Made by a program: the position numbers and the translations under genes
Notes under the pieces: generated by a model
Told to the model about the DNA's origin: nothing
The model's database searches: none
The model's input: the letters and a program-made list of their open reading frames with translations, nothing else
NCBI GenBank assembly: GCA_035505995.1
Contig: DATJQF010000162.1
Span: 1-51,953, forward strand
Reading direction: 5' to 3'
DNA length: 51,953 nt
Origin: Bacteroidales bacterium
GTDB lineage: Bacteria; Bacteroidota; Bacteroidia; Bacteroidales; FEN-979
Shown: positions 45,240 through 51,953 of the stretch, one piece after another
Numbering within the stretch: the first letter of the stretch is position 1
How the letters are laid out: each line of letters begins with the position of its first letter

Positions 45240-45641
45240 ATGAAACCGGTATATAAGATAGCGATCGTCGAGGACCAGCGTTTGTTCCGGGAAGGGATGC
45301 GCCTTCTGATCGAGAAGGAAGGCATCGGGGAGGTGATCGCGCAGGCAGGGAACGGTAAGGAATTCCTGGATTTACTGGAAACCTGTCATCCGGATGTCGT
45401 GCTGATGGATATCTCCATGCCGGTCATGAACGGATTGGATGCTACCCGGGCCGCGATGCGCAACCACCCGGATCTGAAGATCCTGGTGCTGACCGTATCG
45501 GAGGGGCCGGAAAGATGCGCGGAAATGATCAACGCCGGTGCGGTGGGCTATCTGACCAAAACCTCGGGGAAGCAGGCGCTGATCCAGGCTATCGAAACCG
45601 TAGCGACCGGAAAACATTTTATGCCATGCAGGGAAGCGTGA
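45240..45641 (+). CDS. Stand-alone receiver domain protein, HTH-less paralog of the upstream response regulator
   Basis: About 60 percent identical by hand alignment to aa 6-127 of the 44405-45064 product (IAIVEDQRLFREG, VVLMDISMPVMNG, TKT). It ends just after REC helix alpha-5. The last 23 nt overlap the 3' end of the convergent kinase gene. Confidence 0.7.
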   Translation: MKPVYKIAIVEDQRLFREGMRLLIEKEGIGEVIAQAGNGKEFLDLLETCHPDVVLMDISMPVMNGLDATRAAMRNHPDLKILVLTVSEGPERCAEMINAGAVGYLTKTSGKQALIQAIETVATGKHFMPCREA

Positions 45642-46746
45642 ATGTGAACCGGCTTCCATTGCCCAGCTCACTTTCCACCTGGATGGTGCCTCCCATCTTA
45701 TCCATGAATTCCTTGCACAGGATAAGGCCTAAGCCGGAACCGGCCTCTTCCAGGGTCCCGGGGCGGGAGCTGATCTGGCCATCGATCCGGAACAGCCTGG
45801 CCTGATCCGAGGCCGAGATGCCGATCCCGTCATCCGCCACGGAAATTTCCACACTGGTTCCGACCATATTCGCCTCCACTTTAACGGTACCTCCTCCCTT
45901 CGTGAATTTGATCGAATTGCTCAGCAGGTTGCGCAGGACATGACAGAACATGGCTTCATCGGTCCGGATCCTGATCCGGGCGGGCTTCGACTGAAATTCG
46001 ATCCCGATATTTTTCGCCGTGGCTTGCGGAAGTATCAGCTCGATCACCTTTTTAATCATCTTCTCCAGCGAAAACTCAGCCGGTTCAAACTTGATCGCCC
46101 CCGTCTGCGACCGTGACCATACCAGCAGGTTCTCCAGCAATTTGAACCCTCCTTCCGTTGCCGAGATGATCAGCCCGATCTGCCTGTCGATCTCCTCCGG
46201 GGAGCAGGTTGGCAAGGATTCCCTCAGGGTTTTTGCAATGAGGAGGATGCCCCCGAACGGATTCCGGAGGTCGTGGGCGATGATGGAAAAGAACTTATCC
46301 TTGGTGTTGTTCAGTTTTTCCAGCTCGATCGCATTCTGCTTCAATTCCTGGCTCTTGAATCGCAGCTGGATATGGGTATTCACCCTCGATATCAATTCCT
46401 GCGAGTTGAACGGTTTCGACACATAATCCACGCCGCCGGCGTTGAGGGCGGCAATGATGATCTCGATATCGTGTGAAGCGGACAGGAAGATGACCGGGAT
46501 TTCCTTTAACCGTTCATCCTGCTGCATGAACGAACAAACCTCGAAACCATCCATCCCCGGCATCTTGATATCCAGCAACACCAAATCAAAATCCAGCGAG
46601 TCGGAGAGCATGTCCAGCGCTTCCGAACCGTTCAGCGCAAACCCTACATCATACCCGGAGTCTTTCAGGATGGACCCGATCACCTGGATGTTCCTGGGAT
46701 TATCGTCCACTACCAGGACTCTGAAAAGCTTGTTATTCTTTTCCAT
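45619..46746 (-). CDS. REC-HisKA-HATPase sensor kinase (N-terminal receiver)
   Basis: REC: VLVVDDNPRN, LVLLDIKMPGMDG, SKPF. H-box FFSIIAHDLRNPF. G-boxes VADDGIGI and GSGLGLILC. It overlaps the upstream hybrid kinase gene by 14 nt. Confidence 0.9.
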   Translation of the reverse strand: MEKNNKLFRVLVVDDNPRNIQVIGSILKDSGYDVGFALNGSEALDMLSDSLDFDLVLLDIKMPGMDGFEVCSFMQQDERLKEIPVIFLSASHDIEIIIAALNAGGVDYVSKPFNSQELISRVNTHIQLRFKSQELKQNAIELEKLNNTKDKFFSIIAHDLRNPFGGILLIAKTLRESLPTCSPEEIDRQIGLIISATEGGFKLLENLLVWSRSQTGAIKFEPAEFSLEKMIKKVIELILPQATAKNIGIEFQSKPARIRIRTDEAMFCHVLRNLLSNSIKFTKGGGTVKVEANMVGTSVEISVADDGIGISASDQARLFRIDGQISSRPGTLEEAGSGLGLILCKEFMDKMGGTIQVESELGNGSRFTFTLPCMA

Positions 46747-49700
46747 GGTAACTCCCGGTTTTTTCTTTCAGGGTTTCTATGATCTCAGGAAATATCCTGA
46801 GTGTCTTCATCAATTGCTCCACGTCAAAATTTTCCATGCAGCGCCCGATATCCTTCCCGAATCCCTTCAGGCTTTCGGAATCGGCCTGCTCTCCCAGCGA
46901 GACCAGTTCCTTTCCGAATTGCCCGATCCTGCTGGTGATCTTTTTTCTCAACAGCTCCTGCTGGAGGGGAAGGTAGTGATTTTCCAGGATCCGGACCAGA
47001 TCCCCGAATTTTTTCTTTTCCTTTTCGGTCAGCTTGGGGGAAGTGGGAAGGAGCGTTTCGATCGTTTTTATCGCCGGCATTTCAGAAGCCTCCCTGCCCA
47101 GGTATTTTTTCAGGACGGCCGTGAGGTTACTAATATTCACGGGTTTCATCAGGTACTCGTCGAAGAGATCTTCCATCCCGGTCTCCTGCGGGCTCATCCG
47201 CGAAGAGGCGGAAAGTGCGACCACGGGGATATTTTTGGTAGTCTCCTGCCCCTTGATACGGGCGGTGGCATCATATCCGTCCATGACCGGCATCCGGATA
47301 TCCATCAGGATCAGGTCCGGCAGGAACTGGGACGTGATATCGATTGCTTCCTTCCCGTCTTTTGCCTCGATGATCGTCACCTGGGTCGGCTCCATCAGAT
47401 CTGCCAGGAACTTGCGGTTATCCGAATTATCGTCAACGATCAGGATCGTGGAAGGCCTCAGATGCGTGGTCCGCATATCCAGCCCTTCCTCTCTCCTGCC
47501 TGTCGCCAGCTTGGCGGGAACGGGAATATCGGGCAGGCGGACGGTGAAGGTGCTGCCCCGACCCAGTTCACTTTTCACGGTAATAGTCCCGCCCATCAGC
47601 TCTACCAGGCGGCGGGTGATCGAAAGGCCCAGGCCGGTCCCTGTTTTCACCTTCCCGGCGATCCGCTTGTACTGGTGGAAAGGATCAAAGATCTTATCCA
47701 ACTCCTCGGCAGGGATGCCGCATCCCGTATCGGTTACGGCCAGGATCAGGTCAATATTGCTGTTATCCAGGTACCGGTATTCGGTGCTCAGGACGACCTG
47801 GCCTTCATCGGTGAACTTAACGGCATTGTCGAGCAGGTTGAACAGGACCTGGCGGAGGCGAACTTCATCGATCAGCAGGGAGGCGGGCATTTTGTCCATT
47901 TGTTCCACCCTGAAAGCAATTTCCTTCTCTTCCGCTTTCTGGCGGAACAGCATCTCGATTTCATTGATGAACATCCCGAAATTCAAAGGCTCCGGCCGTA
48001 CCATCATCTTCCCCGCCTCGATCTTTGAAAGGTCGAGCAGGTCGTTGATCAGGGCCAGCAGGGTCTTCGCACTGGAGCGGATGGCCTGTAACTGCGACCG
48101 CTGTTTTTCCGTTTCCACGGTGTTGGAAAGCAGCTCGGAGAATCCGATAATGGAATTCATCGGGGTCCGGATCTCATGACTGATGTTGGCCAGGAACTCG
48201 CTTTTGGCACGGTTCGACTTTTCCGCCACCTCCCGGGCCACCCGTTCCCGTTCGGCCTGCTTGATGGAGGAAATATCCGACCCGATCTCCAGGATCAGGT
48301 TCGAGCCGTCAATGTCGGTGAAGGGGAAGTCCGTAATGCTGTATATGGTCTTATCAGGTCCCTCCCATTCCCATAACATGGTTTGCTGGGTTTTCAACGC
48401 CTCGTAGGACCGGCAATTTTCACAGGGTTCTTCCCGGTTGAATAAATGGGCATAGCATTTTTTATCTTTCGGGTCACCGAACCTCCTGATGAATTCCCTG
48501 TTGACAAAAGAAAATTGATAATCCGGTGTCAGCAGGGCCACATAGGAAGGCAGCCGGTCGAGAACATCGCGGAAACGCTGTTGCTCATCCGTGAGGACCC
48601 GCATCGCGATGGCCAGGTCTTCGGTCCTTTCCTTTATTTTTATCTCCAGATTATCATATGCATGGTGCAATTCATCAAACAATTTGAAATTGGTGATGGC
48701 CAGGGCGGCCCGGCTGGCTGCGCTTTCGACGAATATCTCGTCGGCCGCGGTGTAGGATCTCCCCTTCCCCAGCCGCATCATCCCCAGGGTGCCGAAAACC
48801 TGGTTCCCTGTTTTTATCGGGACAATAAGGTAATCGTAAATACTGTACTTTTTCAGGAACGGGTGAAAGATGGGAAGCGAGGATTCTATCATCTCCTGTT
48901 CTGTTATGCCGGTCATCAAAACCGATTTTCCGGTCTGCACCACCCTCCCCGCAAGTCCTGTTCCGACGGGCATCCTGATTTGCGGGAACAGGGCCTGAAA
49001 TTCCGACCTGATCTCCGGATCCGGAAAATATACAGCGGCAGGAAGCAGCCATTTCCCGTCTTCCGAGATCTCCGTGATAAAGCCCATATCCCCGATGAAT
49101 TCAGATACCTTCAGGATAATGGCGTCAAATAATTCCGATTTGTTAAAGGTCTTCTCGGAAAAGGTTACAGCCAGCTCGGAAAGCAGCTGCGACCTCCTTG
49201 CCTCCTGCTGCAGTTGCACGTGGGCCAATTTGCGGGCAGTGATATCATTGAACAGGATCGCCACGTTACGGCTGTCCGGCCCGCCAATCCGGTAAGCGAA
49301 CACTTCATACCAGCGGTTCAGGGCTTTCGCTTCATTCTCGAACCGTTCCGGGATCCCTGTTTTTGCGATCCTGCCATAGATCTCGAACCAGTGCTCCTCA
49401 TGATCCGGCCTCAGTTCCCGCATCCGCTTTCCTTTCGCATCCGCCAAGTCGGTCTGCTTCTCAAATGCCGGATTGACTTCCAGGAAACGATAATCCACCG
49501 GCCGTTCCTGCTCATCAAAGAGGACCTCGATGATGCAGAATCCTTCCATCAGGGTCTCGAATAACCTATGATACCGGGATTCCGACTCCCGGATGGTATC
49601 TTCCGCTTTTTTCTTCTCCGTTACATCGCGTACCACATGCACGGCCCCCAGCAATTTCTCCTCCTCAAGGATCGGGGAGACCGTGATCTCAAAATCCCGA

Positions 49701-50914
49701 TCATTATAAGTCTCATGTATATGCGCTTCATGATTATTATGATCCGCCAGCAATTTTAGGTGCGGACAAAAATCCGGCGGATGATCGGTATGATGCATCC
49801 AGAAATAACAGTTAGTCCCGTCACACTTTCCAGGTTCCATGTGCAAATACTCCGTCATGGCTTTATTGGCCCTGCGAATCTTATGGTCGGTATCAATGAT
49901 AGCCACCAGGTCGGGGATCGCGTCGAAGGTCCGTTCCCAATCCTCCTTGGACCGCCGGACGTCATTCTCGGCGATGGTTCTCCGCAGATCCCTTATGTTG
50001 ATTGTATTGGAGGCCGCCAGGATGATCGCGATCATGCCGATCGAATAGGTGATGGTAACCAGCACGATCCCCAGTTCCGGCGTGAACGAACCCACCAGCT
50101 CGCCGAGATACCACACCCCGTCGATCAGGAATGGCAACAGCAGCATTCCCGGAAGGGTCCTCCTGGCAATGATGCTGCCTGCCAGCCGCGTGGTGAAAAG
50201 CCTCATGAGCGAGCTTTCTGGCCTTACGAAAAGAAGGCCCAAACTGACCAGGCAGAAAGCAATTCCGGCGTTCAAAGCCACATAGGCAAAGAGGATCTGC
50301 TGGATATGCTTCACCCCAAGGATAAAGCCTACCGGGATCAGATAGCTGAGCAACAGGGCGGGTACCAGTAGGATATGGGAAATATTGACCGCCCGCCGGG
50401 AGGGCATCGTCTGCAAGATGCAGGCAATTCCGATGAGCACGAAAATAAAGGAAGTGATGAACGGGATCCTCAGCCTTATCGGGGAGAAGAGAAGCAGCAA
50501 CGGATCGAGAAGATATTGCGATTCCTGGCCGGTGATCCAGAGATTAAAATACGCAAAGATCCCCAACCCCGAGGGCAGCAGGATCAGGATCCCGGACACC
50601 ACCGGGATCACTCGGTTGAGATAGCTGCGTGGATTGCCCTGCAATCCCAGCAGGGCCACCGAGCTTAACAAAAAACATATGGCCGGGGTCAGTTTCATGG
50701 GATACCAGCCCAACCCGAAATTTTTGAGGGATTCGATCCCCCATATCCAGCCGCCCGTGACCAGGATACTGGTGAGAAGAACAATACCCGTGATACTCCT
50801 GACCGACCATCTTAACAATCTGCGAGTATTGGGGGAAATGTAAAATTCTCCGTCCATCATCATGAGCTTTAAAAAAAGAGAGGGTGAGTTTAAAAGCGCG
50901 TCCGAAAGGTACAT
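46733..50914 (-). CDS. Hybrid sensor histidine kinase: polytopic membrane domain - PAS - PAS - GAF - PAS - HisKA - HATPase - REC - Hpt-like tail
   Basis: The first 300 aa or so hold about 8 TM helices. PAS-like blocks include WERTFDAIPDLVAIID, YHRLFETLMEGFCIIE and FRDVLDRLPSYVALL. A GAF-like block contains GLAGRVVQTGKSV. H-box FLANISHEIRTPMN. G-boxes VTDTGCGI and GTGLGLSI. REC: ILIVDDNSDN, LILMDIRMPVMDG, MKPV. A helical tail of about 100 aa contains ESLKGFGKDIG. Confidence 0.9.
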   Translation of the reverse strand: MYLSDALLNSPSLFLKLMMMDGEFYISPNTRRLLRWSVRSITGIVLLTSILVTGGWIWGIESLKNFGLGWYPMKLTPAICFLLSSVALLGLQGNPRSYLNRVIPVVSGILILLPSGLGIFAYFNLWITGQESQYLLDPLLLLFSPIRLRIPFITSFIFVLIGIACILQTMPSRRAVNISHILLVPALLLSYLIPVGFILGVKHIQQILFAYVALNAGIAFCLVSLGLLFVRPESSLMRLFTTRLAGSIIARRTLPGMLLLPFLIDGVWYLGELVGSFTPELGIVLVTITYSIGMIAIILAASNTINIRDLRRTIAENDVRRSKEDWERTFDAIPDLVAIIDTDHKIRRANKAMTEYLHMEPGKCDGTNCYFWMHHTDHPPDFCPHLKLLADHNNHEAHIHETYNDRDFEITVSPILEEEKLLGAVHVVRDVTEKKKAEDTIRESESRYHRLFETLMEGFCIIEVLFDEQERPVDYRFLEVNPAFEKQTDLADAKGKRMRELRPDHEEHWFEIYGRIAKTGIPERFENEAKALNRWYEVFAYRIGGPDSRNVAILFNDITARKLAHVQLQQEARRSQLLSELAVTFSEKTFNKSELFDAIILKVSEFIGDMGFITEISEDGKWLLPAAVYFPDPEIRSEFQALFPQIRMPVGTGLAGRVVQTGKSVLMTGITEQEMIESSLPIFHPFLKKYSIYDYLIVPIKTGNQVFGTLGMMRLGKGRSYTAADEIFVESAASRAALAITNFKLFDELHHAYDNLEIKIKERTEDLAIAMRVLTDEQQRFRDVLDRLPSYVALLTPDYQFSFVNREFIRRFGDPKDKKCYAHLFNREEPCENCRSYEALKTQQTMLWEWEGPDKTIYSITDFPFTDIDGSNLILEIGSDISSIKQAERERVAREVAEKSNRAKSEFLANISHEIRTPMNSIIGFSELLSNTVETEKQRSQLQAIRSSAKTLLALINDLLDLSKIEAGKMMVRPEPLNFGMFINEIEMLFRQKAEEKEIAFRVEQMDKMPASLLIDEVRLRQVLFNLLDNAVKFTDEGQVVLSTEYRYLDNSNIDLILAVTDTGCGIPAEELDKIFDPFHQYKRIAGKVKTGTGLGLSITRRLVELMGGTITVKSELGRGSTFTVRLPDIPVPAKLATGRREEGLDMRTTHLRPSTILIVDDNSDNRKFLADLMEPTQVTIIEAKDGKEAIDITSQFLPDLILMDIRMPVMDGYDATARIKGQETTKNIPVVALSASSRMSPQETGMEDLFDEYLMKPVNISNLTAVLKKYLGREASEMPAIKTIETLLPTSPKLTEKEKKKFGDLVRILENHYLPLQQELLRKKITSRIGQFGKELVSLGEQADSESLKGFGKDIGRCMENFDVEQLMKTLRIFPEIIETLKEKTGSYHGKE

Positions 50915-50925
50915 ATAAAATGATT

Positions 50926-50962
50926 AATATGCAAACTTTTCATTATGTTATATTTGCATATT
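50926..50962. promoter_or_regulatory. Perfect 10-bp inverted repeat upstream of the hybrid kinase gene
   Basis: AATATGCAAA (50926-50935) and TTTGCATATT (50953-50962) are separated by 17 nt. The near arm lies 12 nt upstream of the ATG at 50914. Confidence 0.4.
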
Positions 50963-51047
50963 CAGTTGAATATCAGCAGATCTTACTTTCAGCACCTCAA
51001 ATGGATTCAACCTGTATATGTGGGTCCGTATGTTGAACGGGAAAGAA

Positions 51048-51085
51048 CAAAAGCCCTGAAGCCGAACTTTTCCAGGGCTTTTTTA
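51048..51085. terminator. Rho-independent terminator downstream of the cytochrome gene
   Basis: The AAAAGCCCTG...CAGGGCTTTTTT stem has T/A tracts on both sides. It lies between the cytochrome stop (51119) and the kinase start (50914). Confidence 0.7.
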
Positions 51086-51118
51086 TTGCCAGTTGCACAT
51101 CCGTAAGGAAACCCTTCT

Positions 51119-51514
51119 TTACTTTTTGGTCGTCTGCAGGGAAGATGCCCAGTCGCAGATGGTTTTGATGTCCTCTTTGGTCGGGACTTTGTCCGGATGC
51201 TCTTTTCTGAAGCTGCCCGGGGGCATTTTGCCTTCGGTGACCATTTTGCACATCGCCTGGGCTTTCGCCGCCTGCTTTATCGCGGAATATTTCTCCCAGT
51301 TGGAGAGATTGACATGCGACAATGCCATCGGGTTGCCCGGCTCGGCATGACAATTTACGCAGGATTTCCCTGCTGCTTTCATCACGTTCTCAGGGATCGG
51401 ATTGGACCCTGTTCCTTCTTTCGGCACTGACTGGGCCCTGAGAAGATTTACCACGACTGTCGCGCAAAACAAAGCGCCCACGAGGATAATTGCAATTCTG
51501 ATGAGTATTTTCAT
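51119..51514 (-). CDS. Small membrane-anchored c-type heme-binding protein
   Basis: N-terminal TM/signal anchor IRIAIILVGALFCATVVVNLL. One CxxCH heme motif (CVNCH) with a downstream GKMPP, a candidate Met axial ligand. 131 aa. Confidence 0.7.
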   Translation of the reverse strand: MKILIRIAIILVGALFCATVVVNLLRAQSVPKEGTGSNPIPENVMKAAGKSCVNCHAEPGNPMALSHVNLSNWEKYSAIKQAAKAQAMCKMVTEGKMPPGSFRKEHPDKVPTKEDIKTICDWASSLQTTKK

Positions 51515-51606
51515 TGGCCGGAATTTTTGAATAACATTTAAAATAACAGGCGAATATGGCGTGGAGTGTGCAAGTACCGGGTGCCACTCTCTATCCGGCT
51601 AAGGTT

Positions 51607-51614
51607 CAAATGTA
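51607..51614 (-). promoter_or_regulatory. Candidate -7 box (TACATTTG) for the cytochrome gene
   Basis: The reverse complement of CAAATGTA matches TAnnTTTG, about 93 nt upstream of the ATG at 51514. Confidence 0.3.
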
Positions 51615-51636
51615 AAATATAACGGGTGGGGCTTGT

Positions 51637-51674
51637 TAAGGGTTTACACTAATTCTCATTAGGGTAAACCCTGA
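51637..51674. repeat. Divergent inverted pair of the GKGTAAACCCTKA motif
   Basis: TTAAGGGTTTACACT (whose reverse complement is AGTGTAAACCCTTAA) and AGGGTAAACCCTGA. AGGGTTTAC (51639-51647) can pair perfectly with GTAAACCCT (51664-51672). Confidence 0.7.
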
Positions 51675-51823
51675 CTGTCACCAGTCACCTTTTCCTCGCC
51701 GGTGGAGGTAGCCATATCCAAAATCAATAATTGCCTGCACTTCTAACCCGTTTCAGTTTTAATTCTATTAGTCATAATCTCCGTGAACGAGAGGTTGTAT
51801 TTTTTTCCTTAAAAATACTTTAA

Positions 51824-51831
51824 TATTTTTG
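51824..51831 (+). promoter_or_regulatory. Candidate -7 box (TATTTTTG) for the gene starting at 51878
   Basis: Matches TAnnTTTG, 47 nt upstream of the ATG. Confidence 0.35.
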
Positions 51832-51877
51832 GGATATTATCCTGTCCCTTCATGTTCAAATTAACTCCCGTTAACTG

Positions 51878-51953
51878 ATGAAGAAATTCCTGTTTCCCGT
51901 CATTGCGACCCTGGTCGCGATCCTGATCATCATTCTCCTTTTCTTGCTAGGAA
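51878..51953 (+). CDS. Start of a membrane/secreted protein (3' end beyond window)
   Basis: The ATG at 51878 is followed by MKKFLFPVIATLVAILIIILLFLLG, a typical signal/anchor sequence. Only 25 codons are visible. Confidence 0.4.
   Translation, partial: MKKFLFPVIATLVAILIIILLFLLG

Noticed and set aside
50997-51353. 118-aa minus-strand and 85-aa/77-aa plus-strand ORFs overlapping the cytochrome gene and its terminator.
   Set aside because: They are alternative frames of the 51119-51514 gene, which has the TM anchor and the CxxCH motif. They also run across the terminator hairpin and have no motifs.

Overview
About 52 kb of chromosomal DNA, almost certainly from phylum Bacteroidota. The evidence is a SusC/SusD pair, T9SS C-terminal sorting domains on two secreted proteins plus one decayed remnant, and TAnnTTTG-type -7 boxes. 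All calls come from reading the ORF translations and the raw sequence by eye. No searches were run, so family assignments rest on recognisable motifs and coordinates of short motifs were counted by hand.

Gene content from left to right:
- rodA, with its 5' end cut by the window edge.
- A translationally coupled three-gene exopolysaccharide module: a TPR/beta-barrel outer-membrane protein, a BcsA-like GT2 synthase and a GH26-like hydrolase.
- carB-carA.
- A 700-aa T9SS cargo protein of unknown function, flanked by 9-bp minisatellites.
- A GT87/DUF2029-like membrane glycosyltransferase, a SAM methyltransferase and mgsA.
- Three uncharacterised envelope proteins.
- A large glycan-utilisation region: T9SS-secreted GH13, GH53 galactanase, SusC, SusD, a SusE/F-like protein, then a six-gene minus-strand operon (MFS, MalQ, GH13, MFS, GH13-CBM48, GH13).
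- A trehalose island: a Pmp3/YqaE small ORF missing from the track, OtsB, a GH15 enzyme and OtsA.
- Two tandem NarL/FixJ-type response regulators, the second lacking its HTH.
- A REC-histidine kinase, a 1393-aa hybrid histidine kinase and a small c-type cytochrome.

The items I consider most worth follow-up:
- An OtsA whose N-terminus is a complete TM-sensor-TM-HAMP input module.
- A SusD with a SusE/F-type tandem binding module inserted into it.
- The compact BcsA-like/TPR-barrel/GH26 synthase-dependent polysaccharide module.
- Families of 7-bp and 9-bp tandem repeats and a recurring 13-14 nt motif in intergenic regions.
- A hybrid kinase ending in an Hpt-like tail where the phospho-His position reads Glu.

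I saw no CRISPR array, transposase, integrase, rRNA or tRNA. The many long ORFs antisense to real genes are rejected as artefacts.
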